A DNA stretch of 64,000 nucleotides from an uncultured Alphaproteobacteria bacterium (GCA_944390685.1 CALXQL010000007.1:14507-78506); one strand, 5' to 3'; counted from the first letter of the stretch, positions 17,635-28,579 are shown. A program made the numbers and translations. Notes: a model not told the origin generated them from the letters alone.

Positions 17635-17806
17635 GATTTTATACCATAATTTTAACCCATTTTATTGGTGGTGATTGATACCTGTTTTTAAGTGGAATTA
17701 TTGATGTCAAAAACGAGTCAAAGAATTTAAAATATAGAGATTTTAACCTGTATAAGTTATTAATTTTACTAATAATTTAAAGATTTTGAAGAAGAAAAGC
17801 TCGTGC

Positions 17807-17845
17807 TTATGATTCCGTCGCTCTAACCAACTGAGCTAAGGCGCC
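17807..17845 (-). pseudogene. 5' half (position 1 to anticodon loop) of the split tRNA(CAU) gene. Right junction of the island.
   Basis: The minus strand reads GGCGCCTTAGCTCAGTTGGTTAGAGCGACGGAATCATAA. This equals positions 1-38 of the intact tRNA with one change (C7 to T), then diverges. Confidence 0.8.
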
Positions 17846-17905
17846 AAAGATTTAATAAATATACTATATAACTCACACAAAGTCAATATATTTATTTAAA
17901 TCTCA

Positions 17906-18661
17906 CTACTTTTCTAATTGTTGTAATGCAACAATGATATTGTTAAGTTCATTTAATTTAGTTCTTGTCAAAGGTATTTCCACCATTTCAGAATACTTAA
18001 CAACGCGTAAAAATTCACCATACACATATTGTTTAGATAATTCATTATCAGCCCAATGTTCTTCATCTACTTTGATACCCATAGCATCTACAGTTGAAGT
18101 ATATCCAATAGTCGCAATATTTTTATACTTGAATTGTGTAGCATATTTACTTGCAGTTAATTTTGCACGAAGAGTATTTTCCTTTGATGTTATGATATAA
18201 AGGTTTTGAGCTTCTTCATAATATCCAATAGATGTAGTATTTTGAAAGTTTTCTTTTGAATTAGTGCTGTTTGTTTCAAGTCTTGTGTTATTGGTAAGTC
18301 CTTTTTGATTTAAATCTCTATTAATGATTTCAGCTTCGGACATATTAAGAACATCATTCCAATTTCTTTTTCCACCGTTTGAATAAAGCATTTTAACAAG
18401 ATTTGTTTCTTGATTATTTTCTTTATAAACTGGATTGATACCACCGGAAATGATTATATCATGAGAAGGATTTGTTTTGGCAACTTCCAAACTCTTTGAT
18501 GAAAGATTATCAAGGAAAGCAATATTACCCATAATTTGAATAGCACTATCTGGTTTGATAGTCTTAAAATCAGCATCTTTTAAAAATAGAAATGCAGTAA
18601 TCAATTTAACTATATTTTCATTGAATTTAGGTGCTTTTGGTAATTTATCAATAATTCTCAT
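17906..18661 (-). CDS. Hypothetical protein, 251 aa. Possible DUF218/YdcF-like fold.
   Basis: IIISGG motif after a hydrophobic segment. Weak. Confidence 0.35.
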   Translation of the reverse strand: MRIIDKLPKAPKFNENIVKLITAFLFLKDADFKTIKPDSAIQIMGNIAFLDNLSSKSLEVAKTNPSHDIIISGGINPVYKENNQETNLVKMLYSNGGKRNWNDVLNMSEAEIINRDLNQKGLTNNTRLETNSTNSKENFQNTTSIGYYEEAQNLYIITSKENTLRAKLTASKYATQFKYKNIATIGYTSTVDAMGIKVDEEHWADNELSKQYVYGEFLRVVKYSEMVEIPLTRTKLNELNNIIVALQQLEK

Positions 18662-18741
18662 ATTTATTCACCATTATTTTATTGTTTGCTAAAATATAAT
18701 ATAAATAACTTATTTTGTCAATATATTAAAATAAAGAAAAT

Positions 18742-19224
18742 TTATGCTACATCATCACCAGAAGGAGATGTATTTTTCTTAATGAAATCGGAAATGGAAA
18801 TGATATTATCGCCATCATCACTTGTAAATGAAAGTTCTGGTTCCTTTTCTTCAATATCATCTAATATATCATAAGGCGTGAAAGTCAAAGAAAAATCAAC
18901 AGATTTATCATAAAATACCATAAGAGCATTAAAAGGCACAATGATATGATAATTATGATTATTAAAAGAAAGAGTTATACCAAATTCTTTATCATTTACG
19001 GATAAATTTGAATATTCATGTTGAATTATAATAGTCAAAGATTCAGGATATTGTTTATAAAGGAATTCTGGAATTACCACCCCTTTAATGGAAGTTTTAA
19101 AAGTGATATAAAAAAAATGATTTCCAGGAAGACCATTATCCGCAACCAAAGTCAAACTTTTTTTCACAATACCTATTAAGGCATTATCAAGCATTTTATT
19201 ATAATCAAGAAAATCTTCACTCAT
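18742..19224 (-). CDS. sspB: ClpXP adaptor SspB (alphaproteobacterial type)
   Basis: LPGNHFFYITF, YPESLTIIIQHEY and IIVPFNALMVFYDKSVDF match the conserved SspB core. It has an acidic C-terminal tail. Confidence 0.65.
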   Translation of the reverse strand: MSEDFLDYNKMLDNALIGIVKKSLTLVADNGLPGNHFFYITFKTSIKGVVIPEFLYKQYPESLTIIIQHEYSNLSVNDKEFGITLSFNNHNYHIIVPFNALMVFYDKSVDFSLTFTPYDILDDIEEKEPELSFTSDDGDNIISISDFIKKNTSPSGDDVA

Positions 19225-19344
19225 TATAAACTCCTTCGTTATAAAGAATATAAAACAGAAAAAATATATTTGTAAAGGAAAATTTGACTTTATTTTTTAA
19301 ATATAATGGTTTATATTACTAAAAATCAAAATATGGGATAAAAA

Positions 19345-19818
19345 ATGATAAATAAAGAAATAGAAAACATCACAACTAATACAAGGGTAAGTGCCATACA
19401 ATGCCTTTATTCTGTAATATTTATGGGCACAAAATTAAATTCTAAAATGTTAAGATACTTTAAAACAAAATCTTTCTTATCTGAGGAAGATACAATTAAC
19501 GATAACCCAATTAAAATAAATACAAAACTATTTTCATATATAGTTAAAGGTGTGATAAGAAATCAAGATATAATTGATAATCAAATATCAAAACATTTAA
19601 AAATAGATATAGAAAAAAATGATCAATTGATAATTTCAATAATTCGCGCTGGTTGTTTTGAATTATTATTTAGAGATAATACTCCATCAAATGTGATAAT
19701 TGCAGAATATACTAAAATAGCAAACGAATTTTATCCATCAACAAAAACTGCATTGGTAAATGCTATTTTAGATAAAATTTCAAAGGATAAAAAGGAAAGT
19801 TCTTCATGCCAAAATTAA
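19345..19818 (+). CDS. nusB: Transcription antitermination factor NusB
   Basis: [11 protein letters not shown]-terminal motif and [11 protein letters not shown]-terminal motif. Confidence 0.75.
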   Translation: MINKEIENITTNTRVSAIQCLYSVIFMGTKLNSKMLRYFKTKSFLSEEDTINDNPIKINTKLFSYIVKGVIRNQDIIDNQISKHLKIDIEKNDQLIISIIRAGCFELLFRDNTPSNVIIAEYTKIANEFYPSTKTALVNAILDKISKDKKESSSCQN

Positions 19819-21611
19819 AAAATAATATAAGAAATTTTTCAATTATTGCCCATATTGATCACGGGAAATCAACTCTTGCAGATAGATTGATACAATCTTG
19901 TGGTGCCGTAAGTGAACGTGAAATGAAGGATCAACTTCTTGATAATATGGATATTGAAAGAGAACGTGGTATCACCATAAAGGCTCAAACCGTCCGCCTC
20001 AATTATAAGGCAAAAGATGGTAATACCTATGAATTGAATATTATTGATACTCCGGGGCATGTTGATTTTTCCTACGAAGTATCTCGCTCACTTTCTGCAT
20101 GTGAAGGGGCATTATTAGTAGTAGATGCAAGTCAAGGAGTTGAAGCACAAACTCTTGCTAATGTGTATAAGGCTATTGATGCCAATTTACAAATTGAGGT
20201 GGTCTTAAATAAAATTGATTTACCAGCAGCAGATCCAGAAAGGGTTAAAAAACAAATAGAAGATGTGATTGGACTTGATGCATCAAATGCAATTTTAATT
20301 TCCGCAAAAACAGGACAAGGTATAGATGATGTGTTGGAGGCCATAGTAAATCGTCTACCCCCACCACAAGATGAAGATGATAAACCATTAAAAGCATTAC
20401 TTGTTGATAGTTGGTATGATACATTTTTAGGTGTTGTCATGTTGATAAGGGTAAAAGAAGGCTCAATCAAAAAAGGGCAAACAATAAAAATGATGTCTAA
20501 TAATGCAGTGTATAAGGCTGAACAAATAGGTATCTTTACACCAAAAATGCAACAAGTAGATGAACTATTTTCCGGTGATGTTGGTTATATAATAAGTGGT
20601 ATAAAACAATTATCAGATTGTAAAGTTGGTGATACAATAACCGATGAGAAAAATCCAACATCTGCACCATTGGAAGGTTTCAAACCATCAGTTCCAGTCG
20701 TATTTTCATCAATGTTTCCAGTTGATGCAAGCGATTATCCTGCATTGAAAGAAGCTGTTGCAAAATTATCTCTAAATGATGCAAGTTTCACTTATGAAAT
20801 TGAAAATTCTACTGCATTAGGTTTTGGTTTTCGTTGTGGATTTTTGGGTCTTTTACATATGGAAATTATTCAAGAAAGAATAACAAGGGAATTTGATTTA
20901 GATATAATAAATACGGCACCATCTGTTGCATATAAAATGCACTTAACAAATGGAGAAACTATTACATTGATGAATCCAGCTGATATGCCTGATCCAAGTA
21001 AAATAAAATCAATGGAAGAACCGCTTGTTCGTGCCACAATAATGACTCCCGATGAATATTTGGGTGCCATTTTAAAACTTTGCACTGATAGACGTGGTAT
21101 CCAAGAAAATTTAACTTATGTAGGCACTCGTGCCATGGTAGTATATAAATTGCCATTAAATGAAATAGTATTTGACTTTTATGATAGGTTAAAATCAATC
21201 ACATCTGGATATGCAAGTTTTGATTATGAACTTTGTGAATATCAAGAAGCAGAATTGGCAAAGGTATCAATTTTAATAAATGAAGAACCTGTTGAGGCTT
21301 TATCATTCATAGCACATAAAACCGAAGTTGAAAAAAGGGGTAGGGCAATTTGTGCAAAGTTAAAGGATTTAATTCCACGCCATATGTTTAAAATTCCAAT
21401 CCAAGCAGCAATAGGTTCAAAAGTCATTGCAAGGGAAACCATTTCAGCATATAGAAAAGATGTCCTTGCAAAATGCTATGGTGGGGATATATCAAGAAAA
21501 CGTAAATTGCTTGATAAACAAAAAAGAGGAAAGAAAAAAATGCGTATGTTTGGAAACGTAGAAATTCCACAAGAAGCATTCATAAAGGCATTAAAAATAA
21601 ACGATGAATAG
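19806..21611 (+). CDS. lepA: Elongation factor 4 (LepA)
   Basis: 601 aa with a GTPase domain ([18 protein letters not shown]) and a LepA-specific C-terminal domain. Confidence 0.9.
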   Translation: MPKLKNNIRNFSIIAHIDHGKSTLADRLIQSCGAVSEREMKDQLLDNMDIERERGITIKAQTVRLNYKAKDGNTYELNIIDTPGHVDFSYEVSRSLSACEGALLVVDASQGVEAQTLANVYKAIDANLQIEVVLNKIDLPAADPERVKKQIEDVIGLDASNAILISAKTGQGIDDVLEAIVNRLPPPQDEDDKPLKALLVDSWYDTFLGVVMLIRVKEGSIKKGQTIKMMSNNAVYKAEQIGIFTPKMQQVDELFSGDVGYIISGIKQLSDCKVGDTITDEKNPTSAPLEGFKPSVPVVFSSMFPVDASDYPALKEAVAKLSLNDASFTYEIENSTALGFGFRCGFLGLLHMEIIQERITREFDLDIINTAPSVAYKMHLTNGETITLMNPADMPDPSKIKSMEEPLVRATIMTPDEYLGAILKLCTDRRGIQENLTYVGTRAMVVYKLPLNEIVFDFYDRLKSITSGYASFDYELCEYQEAELAKVSILINEEPVEALSFIAHKTEVEKRGRAICAKLKDLIPRHMFKIPIQAAIGSKVIARETISAYRKDVLAKCYGGDISRKRKLLDKQKRGKKKMRMFGNVEIPQEAFIKALKINDE

Positions 21612-21619
21612 GAGTTAAT

Positions 21620-21943
21620 ATGAAAGATTATATCATAGATTGTGAAGATAAAAGTTTTTCAAAATATTTATATACTGCTTATATGAAACAAATACAACAT
21701 ATTAAATATGCAAAGGTAAATGATTTATATAAATATAATAAACTTCAAAATTTAAAAAATAACTTTGAACAAGATGAATTCGCTCAATTAAGAATATCTG
21801 ATGGTTTAAAAAAAATAATTTTAAAACAATTGGAAGCAAATATACAATTTTATAAAGAAAAAATAGGAAAAACTAATAAATTAAAAACTGCTTTTGATAA
21901 AGTGATAAATAAATTATTGTATGGACAACAAAATACTAAATAA
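21620..21943 (+). CDS. Hypothetical protein, 107 aa
   Basis: ORF only. Confidence 0.35.
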   Translation: MKDYIIDCEDKSFSKYLYTAYMKQIQHIKYAKVNDLYKYNKLQNLKNNFEQDEFAQLRISDGLKKIILKQLEANIQFYKEKIGKTNKLKTAFDKVINKLLYGQQNTK

Positions 21944-22715
21944 AATTATCTTTTAATAAATCTGCAGATAAAAAAGATTGTATGGTGTCATTATATTTAA
22001 GTTTAATGGCACCATTATTTTCAATACCAATAAATATTCCAGAATAAATTTTGTTATTAAATAACAATGAAACATTTTGATTTATTTTATACATAAAAGG
22101 AAGTATTTGTTTTGTGATAGATGTAAAATTATCATCAAATGCAATATTAAGATTTTCAATCAATCTATTTGCTAATAAAAAGGCAAATTCATCTTTATCA
22201 ATATGAATATTTTCATCAAATAAAGAAGTGGGAGGAAATTTTGCATTTATTATAGGAAAAGATTTAATATTTACTCCAATACCAATTATTGCAAAATCCA
22301 TATATTTTTCAATTAAAATGCCAGATATTTTTTTCATATTTAATAATACATCATTTGGCCATTTAATTTTAATATCAACATTTGTATCAATAGCTTTGAT
22401 GACTTCCACTATTGATAAAGAAGATATGAAAGAGATAAGTTGAAAAAATTTATTAAATTGAGATGGAATTTTTATAACAAATGAAAAATAAAGATTACCA
22501 ATTGGACTTTTCCATTCAATATTTGATTTTGTTGTTTTTCCAGAAGTTTGTTCATCTGCTATTACAATAAAGTTATGTGGATATTCATTTAGTTTTTCAA
22601 TAGCAACTTTATTGGTGCTATCCACTTTATCAAGATGAAATAATTGAAAATCATTAAATTTTAACATAGAGCAATAATAAAACAAAAAGGTAAAAAAAGC
22701 AATAAAAAACCCCAT
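21936..22715 (-). CDS. birA: Biotin-[acetyl-CoA-carboxylase] ligase, catalytic domain only
   Basis: KWPNDVLLNMKKISGILIE signature. Confidence 0.75.
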   Translation of the reverse strand: MGFFIAFFTFLFYYCSMLKFNDFQLFHLDKVDSTNKVAIEKLNEYPHNFIVIADEQTSGKTTKSNIEWKSPIGNLYFSFVIKIPSQFNKFFQLISFISSLSIVEVIKAIDTNVDIKIKWPNDVLLNMKKISGILIEKYMDFAIIGIGVNIKSFPIINAKFPPTSLFDENIHIDKDEFAFLLANRLIENLNIAFDDNFTSITKQILPFMYKINQNVSLLFNNKIYSGIFIGIENNGAIKLKYNDTIQSFLSADLLKDNFI

Positions 22716-22733
22716 AAAATGGGTCTATATAAA

Positions 22734-22943
22734 TTATCTTGTAAATTCTTTAAGCATCTTCAATTCTTCTATATAATTTTCTAATTCAATTTTTTGTCTT
22801 AACAATTCTACTTTTGACTTTTTAGGAATAGAAGTTCTAATACTTTTATTGCCGTAAATATCATTTTGATCAGTCAAAGCCAAATCTATATTTCTAATTT
22901 GTTTATTTGTTTTTCTGATTTCAATATCAAATTTCTTTTGCAT
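22734..22943 (-). CDS. Hypothetical small protein, 69 aa
   Basis: ORF only. Confidence 0.3.
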   Translation of the reverse strand: MQKKFDIEIRKTNKQIRNIDLALTDQNDIYGNKSIRTSIPKKSKVELLRQKIELENYIEELKMLKEFTR

Positions 22944-22979
22944 TTTTTACCTCATTTATATTATTGTTATTATTAATTA

Positions 22980-23243
22980 TTAACGTGAAAAAATATTTTT
23001 AAATGTTTCGGTTAAAGATTGTGTTGACTTATTTCCATTTAAAAGTTGAATTTTTGCTACAATGTTAGCACGTTCATCTAATTTATAAACTCTATGTATA
23101 TAAAACATATTAACTTGTTGAGCAGAAGAAGAATTAGAAGAATATAAATCTATAGCTTTATTAATATTTTTTAATTCTTTTTCAATATTTTTTAATTTTG
23201 TATATAATTGTTGGATTTCTTTTTGTTTGTCTATATTTTGCAT
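22980..23243 (-). CDS. Hypothetical coiled-coil protein, 87 aa
   Basis: ORF with heptad-like K/E-rich sequence. Confidence 0.35.
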   Translation of the reverse strand: MQNIDKQKEIQQLYTKLKNIEKELKNINKAIDLYSSNSSSAQQVNMFYIHRVYKLDERANIVAKIQLLNGNKSTQSLTETFKNIFSR

Positions 23244-23340
23244 TTTTACCTCTTTTGTTATGTTTTATTAAAATAATGAGATAATAAATTAAAAAAATAT
23301 TTTGTCAATAAGAAAAAATAAAAGAAAAAATAAAATTTTG

Positions 23341-23369
23341 TTGACTCTTGATACGATAAGTATTAACAT
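23341..23369 (+). promoter_or_regulatory. Candidate str-operon promoter
   Basis: TTGACT at 23341-23346. Only a weak -10. Confidence 0.25.
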
Positions 23370-23442
23370 ACAAACACTTAAAACAATAGATTCTAAAAAT
23401 CTATAATTAACTTATTGTAAAAACAAAAAAAAGGATAAAAAT

Positions 23443-23814
23443 ATGCCAACTATGAATCAGTTGATAAAACATCCAAGGACTGATAAAGTAAGAAAGTCAA
23501 AGGTGCCTGCAATGCAACAAAATCCACAAAAACGTGGTGTTTGCACAAGGGTTTATACAACAACTCCAAAAAAACCTAACTCCGCTTTGCGTAAAGTTGC
23601 TCGTGTTAAATTGGTAAACGGATATGAAGTAACTGCATATATACCAGGTGTTGGTCATAATCTTCAAGAACACTCTGTTGTTATGATTCGCGGTGGAAGG
23701 GTAAAGGACTTACCTGGTGTAAGATATCACATTATTCGTGGTGTTCTTGATACTCAAGGTGTTGCAAACAGAAAACAAGGTCGTTCATTATACGGCGCAA
23801 AAAGACCTAAATAA
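23443..23814 (+). CDS. rpsL: 30S ribosomal protein S12
   Basis: Near-identical to alphaproteobacterial S12 ([16 protein letters not shown]). Confidence 0.95.
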   Translation: MPTMNQLIKHPRTDKVRKSKVPAMQQNPQKRGVCTRVYTTTPKKPNSALRKVARVKLVNGYEVTAYIPGVGHNLQEHSVVMIRGGRVKDLPGVRYHIIRGVLDTQGVANRKQGRSLYGAKRPK

Positions 23815-23828
23815 TATAAGGAGTTAAA

Positions 23829-24299
23829 ATGTCAAGAAGAAAAAGAGCTGACAAACGTGTTATAAATCCAGATCCAAAATATGGAAATCTTTTAATTTCA
23901 AAATTTATGAATTACCTAATGGTAGATGGTAAAAGAACTGTTGCAAGTAGCATTATGTATAAGGCTTTGGATACAGTAAAAGAAAAAACTAAAAAAGATG
24001 AACTTGAACAATTTATTGAATTGGTTGATAAAGTAAAACCTGCACTTGAAGTTCGTTCACGTCGTGTTGGTGGTGCAACTTATCAAGTTCCAACTGAGGT
24101 TCGTCCAGTTCGTCGTGAGGCACTTGCTATTCGTTGGATAATTGAAGCTGCAAGAAAACGTGGTGAAAAAACTATGGCTGAAAGATTATCTGGTGAATTT
24201 ATGGATATTCTCGCTGGAAATGGGGCATCTTTGAAAAAGAAATCAGATGTTCATAAAATGGCAGAAGCAAATAAAGCTTTCTCACATTTTAGATGGTAA
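23829..24299 (+). CDS. rpsG: 30S ribosomal protein S7
   Basis: Conserved S7 sequence, operon position. Confidence 0.95.
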   Translation: MSRRKRADKRVINPDPKYGNLLISKFMNYLMVDGKRTVASSIMYKALDTVKEKTKKDELEQFIELVDKVKPALEVRSRRVGGATYQVPTEVRPVRREALAIRWIIEAARKRGEKTMAERLSGEFMDILAGNGASLKKKSDVHKMAEANKAFSHFRW

Positions 24300-24326
24300 T
24301 AAAAGAAAAGGAATAAGGAAACTATT

Positions 24327-26402
24327 ATGGCAAGAACTACTGCTTTGGAAAAATATAGAAATATTGGTATCATGGCTCATATTGATGCTGGTAAAACAAC
24401 AACATCGGAACGTATTTTGTTCTATACTGGAAAAACTCATAAAATTGGTGAAGTTCACGAAGGTGGCGCAACAATGGATTGGATGGAACAAGAACAAGAA
24501 CGTGGTATCACTATTACTTCCGCAGCGACAACTTGCTATTGGAAAGAACATAGAATAAATCTTATTGACACACCGGGGCACGTTGATTTTACTATTGAGG
24601 TAGAAAGATCTCTTCGTGTTTTGGATGGTGCTGTTGCTGTTTTTGAAGGTGTTGCTGGTGTTCAACCACAATCTGAAACAGTATGGCGTCAAGCTGATAA
24701 ATATAAAGTTCCTCGTATCTGTTTCATAAATAAAATGGATCGTATTGGTGCAAATTTTGAATATTGTGTTGGAACTATTCGTGATAGACTTGGTGCAAAG
24801 GCAGTTCCTTTGTGTGTTGCAATTGGTGCAGAAGCTGATTTTAAAGGTATAGTTGATTTAATCACTATGAAGGCTCTTATATGGCATTCTGAAGATATGG
24901 GTGCATCTTATGATGTTCTTGAAATTCCAGAAGATTTAAAGGAAAAATCATTAAAAGCAAGATCAGAACTTCTTGATGCTGTTGTTGAATTTGATGATAA
25001 AGCAATGGAAGATTATTTAGAAGGAAAAGAACCTGATGTAGAAACATTGAAAAAATGTATAAGAAAGGGAACTTTGGCAATGAAAATATTCCCAGTTTTC
25101 TGTGGTTCTTCATTTAAAAATAAGGGTGTTCAATACTTACTTGATTGTGTTGTTGATTACCTTCCTTCACCTGTGGATATACCTGCTATAAAAGGAATAA
25201 ATCCAAAAACAAATGCTGAAGATGAAAGAGAACCAAGTGATTCTGCTCCATTTTCTGCATTGGCATTTAAAATTATGAATGACCCATTTGTTGGTTCATT
25301 AACTTTTGCACGTATTTATTCTGGTAAATTAGAAGCTGGTTCTTATGTATACAATTCTGTAAAAGATAAAAAAGAACGTATAGGTCGTATGATTTTGATG
25401 CATTCTAATAACAGACAAGAAATAAAAGAAGCTTATGCAGGTGATATTATCGCTCTTGTTGGATTAAAGGATACAACAACCGGTGATACACTTTGTGATG
25501 AAGCAAAACCAATAATTCTTGAACAAATGGATTTCCCAGATCCTGTTATTGAAGTTGCTGTTGAACCAAAAACAAAAGCTGATGTTGAAAAAATGGGCAT
25601 TGCATTGCAAAAATTGGCTGTTGAAGATCCATCTTTTAAGGTTTCAACTGATCAAGAAACAGGGCAAACAATAATTAAAGGTATGGGTGAACTTCATCTT
25701 GATATTATTGTTGATAGAATGAAAAGAGAATTTAAAGTAGAAGCAAATATTGGTGCTCCACAAGTTGCATATCGTGAAACAATTTCAAAAGAAGCAACTA
25801 TTGATTATACACATAAAAAACAAACTGGTGGTGCTGGTCAATTTGCGAAAGTTAAAATTTTATTCCAACCATTACAACCTGGTGAAGGATTCGTTTTTGA
25901 AAGCCAAATTGTTGGTGGAAATGTTCCAAAAGAATACATTCCTGGTGTTGAAAAAGGTTTGAATATAGCAAAGGAAACAGGTATATTAGCTGGATATCCT
26001 TGTACAGATTTCAAAGCAATATTAGTTGATGGAGCATATCATGATGTTGACTCTTCTGTATTAGCTTTCGAAATCGCTGCAAGAGCTGCATTCCGTGAAG
26101 GTATTGCAAAAGCAGGTCCAAAATTACTTGAACCAATAATGAAAGTAGAAGTTGTAACACCTGAAGAATATATGGGTGATATCATAGGTGATATAAATTC
26201 TCGTCGTGGACAAGTTGGTAATATGGGTAGTGAAGGAAATGCAAGAGTTATTACAGCAATGGTTCCACTTGCAAATATGTTTGGTTATGTTAATACATTA
26301 AGATCTATGTCTCAAGGTAGAGCTCAATACACTATGGTGTTTGACCACTATGCTGATGTTCCATCTAATGTAGCTGAAGAAATTAAGGCAAAAAAGGCAT
26401 AA
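24327..26402 (+). CDS. fusA: Elongation factor G
   Basis: 691 aa with [17 protein letters not shown] and EF-G domains. Confidence 0.95.
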   Translation: MARTTALEKYRNIGIMAHIDAGKTTTSERILFYTGKTHKIGEVHEGGATMDWMEQEQERGITITSAATTCYWKEHRINLIDTPGHVDFTIEVERSLRVLDGAVAVFEGVAGVQPQSETVWRQADKYKVPRICFINKMDRIGANFEYCVGTIRDRLGAKAVPLCVAIGAEADFKGIVDLITMKALIWHSEDMGASYDVLEIPEDLKEKSLKARSELLDAVVEFDDKAMEDYLEGKEPDVETLKKCIRKGTLAMKIFPVFCGSSFKNKGVQYLLDCVVDYLPSPVDIPAIKGINPKTNAEDEREPSDSAPFSALAFKIMNDPFVGSLTFARIYSGKLEAGSYVYNSVKDKKERIGRMILMHSNNRQEIKEAYAGDIIALVGLKDTTTGDTLCDEAKPIILEQMDFPDPVIEVAVEPKTKADVEKMGIALQKLAVEDPSFKVSTDQETGQTIIKGMGELHLDIIVDRMKREFKVEANIGAPQVAYRETISKEATIDYTHKKQTGGAGQFAKVKILFQPLQPGEGFVFESQIVGGNVPKEYIPGVEKGLNIAKETGILAGYPCTDFKAILVDGAYHDVDSSVLAFEIAARAAFREGIAKAGPKLLEPIMKVEVVTPEEYMGDIIGDINSRRGQVGNMGSEGNARVITAMVPLANMFGYVNTLRSMSQGRAQYTMVFDHYADVPSNVAEEIKAKKA

Positions 26403-26548
26403 CAAAAAGCAAAGTTTAAAGTGTTTTACTTTGCAAAATAAACAAAAATGAAAAATAAATAAAATTTTACTTGATTTTATAATAATTTTCATTTAGTATC
26501 TTAAAACACTTTTATGCTATTTATAAAGTTAATAAGGAATAAGAAAAA

Positions 26549-26857
26549 ATGATAAATTCTAATATAAGAATTAGATTAAAGGCTTTTGATCATCAAGTTT
26601 TAGATGAGTCTGTTCATGAAATTGTAAGCACTGCAAAAAGAACAGGAGCTGAGGTAATTGGTCCAATACCATTGCCAACAAAAATTGAAAAATTTACATT
26701 AAATCGTTCTACACATGTGAATAAAAAATCACGTGAACAATTTGAAATAAGAACTCATAAAAGAGTTTTGGATATTATAAATCCAACACCACAAACTGTT
26801 GATGCTTTAATGAATCTTAATTTGTCTGTTGGTGTTGATGTAAAGGTTGAATTATAG
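26549..26857 (+). CDS. rpsJ: 30S ribosomal protein S10
   Basis: [10 protein letters not shown]... It directly follows fusA; no tuf lies between them. Confidence 0.95.
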   Translation: MINSNIRIRLKAFDHQVLDESVHEIVSTAKRTGAEVIGPIPLPTKIEKFTLNRSTHVNKKSREQFEIRTHKRVLDIINPTPQTVDALMNLNLSVGVDVKVEL

Positions 26858-26865
26858 GTGTTATC

Positions 26866-27609
26866 ATGAGAACAGGCGTAATTGCATATAAAATGGGTAT
26901 GACTCATATATTTGATGAAAATAATAAACATGTACCTGTCACCGTGCTTAAAATCGATAATTGTAAAGTTATTGATGTTAAAACTAATGAAAAGGATGGA
27001 TATACCTCTGTTCAATTAGGTGCTGGTATTGCAAAAGAAAATAAAATATCAAAACCTTTAAAAGGTCATTTGAAAAAATCTGGTGCAACCCCAAAAGTTA
27101 TAAAAGAATTTAGAGTTTCAGAAGATTGTTTATTAAACATCGGCGATGAAATTCTTCCTTCAACTTTTATAAAGGGACAATTTGTTGATGTTTCTGGTAA
27201 AACTATAGGTAAAGGTTTTGCTGGTGGTATGAAAAGATGGAATTTTGGTGGATTGGAAGCAACACACGGTGTTTCCGTATCTCATCGTTCTATTGGCGGT
27301 ACTGGTCAAAACCAAGATCCAGGTAAGGTTTTCAAAGGTAAAAAAATGCCTGGACATTTAGGTGATGAACAAGTTACAATTCAAAATCTTATGGTTGTTG
27401 ATACAGATGATGAAAACGGCTATATTTTAGTAAGAGGTGCTGTTCCTGGTGCTACTGGTGCTGTTGTTTGTGTTTATGATGCAATTAAAAAAACATTACC
27501 AACTGATGCTCCAATACCTGCTGTTGTAAAATCTTCAAAATCATCTGTAAAAGAAGATGTTAAAAAAGAAGACGAAACTGCTGATAATATATCAGAGATT
27601 AAGGAGTAA
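26866..27609 (+). CDS. rplC: 50S ribosomal protein L3 with a K/E-rich C-terminal extension
   Basis: Conserved L3 core. About 35 extra C-terminal residues. Confidence 0.9.
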   Translation: MRTGVIAYKMGMTHIFDENNKHVPVTVLKIDNCKVIDVKTNEKDGYTSVQLGAGIAKENKISKPLKGHLKKSGATPKVIKEFRVSEDCLLNIGDEILPSTFIKGQFVDVSGKTIGKGFAGGMKRWNFGGLEATHGVSVSHRSIGGTGQNQDPGKVFKGKKMPGHLGDEQVTIQNLMVVDTDDENGYILVRGAVPGATGAVVCVYDAIKKTLPTDAPIPAVVKSSKSSVKEDVKKEDETADNISEIKE

Positions 27610-27612
27610 AAA

Positions 27613-28236
27613 ATGAAAGTAGATATTATTACATTAGATAATAAAGTCCAAGGTTCAATAGAACTTTCAAAGGATATTTTTGAAATAACTCCAAGAGGTG
27701 ATATATTATCTCGTGTTGTTAATTGGCAACTTGCAAAAAGAAGAGCAGGTACTCACTCAACAAAGGTTATTTCAGAAGTTAGTGGAACTACAAAGAAACC
27801 ATTTGCTCAAAAAGGTACAGGTCGTGCAAGACAAGGATCTCTTCGTTCTCCACAAATGCGTGGTGGTGCTACAATTTTTGGACCAGTTGTTCGTGATCAT
27901 GCTTATTCTTTACTTAAAAAAGTAAGAGCTTTGGGTTTAAAAATGGCTTTGTCATCAAAACTTGCTGATAAAAAATTGGTAATAATTGATACAGAAAAAT
28001 TATCAACCCCAAAAACAAAAGATTTAAAAACAAAATTGGATTCTTTTGGTTGGAAAAAAGTTTTGTTTATTACAGGTGATAAAGTTGATGAAAACTTTGC
28101 ACTTGCTTGTAAAAATCTAATTAAAGTTGATGCACTTCCATCATGTGGTGCAAATGTTTATGATATTCTAAATCATGAAACACTTGTAATAACAAAGGAA
28201 GGTGTTGAATCTTTAACAAAAAGATTTGTAAAATAG
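27613..28236 (+). CDS. rplD: 50S ribosomal protein L4
   Basis: Operon position and conserved core. Confidence 0.9.
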   Translation: MKVDIITLDNKVQGSIELSKDIFEITPRGDILSRVVNWQLAKRRAGTHSTKVISEVSGTTKKPFAQKGTGRARQGSLRSPQMRGGATIFGPVVRDHAYSLLKKVRALGLKMALSSKLADKKLVIIDTEKLSTPKTKDLKTKLDSFGWKKVLFITGDKVDENFALACKNLIKVDALPSCGANVYDILNHETLVITKEGVESLTKRFVK

Positions 28237-28246
28237 AGGTGTTGAT

Positions 28247-28567
28247 ATGGTAGAAAAGAAAAAAGAAGTTAAATTAACTGAAAAAATGTATGATATACTT
28301 TTAAAACCTATCATTACAGAAAAAACAACTTTTGTTGCAGAACAAGGAAAAATAGTTTTCTCCGTAAGATCTGATGCGACAAAAACTGATATAAAAAATG
28401 CTATTGAAAAAATATATGGTGTTGTTGTAAAATCTGTAAATATAACAAAAAAAACTGGAAAAGTAAAAAGGTTTAAGGGTATTATGGGTTCAACAAGTGA
28501 TGTTAAAAAGGCTTATATAACATTAGAAGAAGGTCATAATATAGATATTATGGCAGGTGCAAAATAA
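28247..28567 (+). CDS. rplW: 50S ribosomal protein L23
   Basis: Operon position and conserved core. Confidence 0.9.
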   Translation: MVEKKKEVKLTEKMYDILLKPIITEKTTFVAEQGKIVFSVRSDATKTDIKNAIEKIYGVVVKSVNITKKTGKVKRFKGIMGSTSDVKKAYITLEEGHNIDIMAGAK

Positions 28568-28579
28568 AGGATAAAGAAA

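Larger units (their letters stand above)
6089..17814. mobile_element. Integrative genomic island of about 11.7 kb inserted into the anticodon loop of a tRNA(CAU) gene. Cargo includes an integrase, a replacement tRNA, defence genes and hypotheticals.
   Basis: 8-bp direct repeat TTATGATT at 6089..6096 and 17807..17814. tRNA halves lie at both ends on the minus strand. A tyrosine integrase sits about 350 bp inside the right end. Tandem TTTTGACA motifs lie near both ends. Cargo genes are atypical for the backbone. Confidence 0.75.

Noticed and set aside
17807-17845. Inverted tRNA fragment as evidence of a chromosomal inversion
   Set aside because: The complementary 3' fragment lies at 6051..6096 on the same minus strand. 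Both share the anticodon-loop 8-mer as a direct repeat and have compensatory base differences. Insertion of an element into a minus-strand tRNA gene explains all three copies more simply than an inversion does.
18686-18874. 62-aa ORF overlapping the sspB C-terminus
   Set aside because: It overlaps the acidic tail of a recognisable sspB gene on the other strand. Likely spurious.
26403-26548. Possibility that the missing tuf is an assembly gap
   Set aside because: The fusA-rpsJ spacer is continuous and is an ordinary AT-rich leader with an RBS for rpsJ. Nothing suggests missing sequence.
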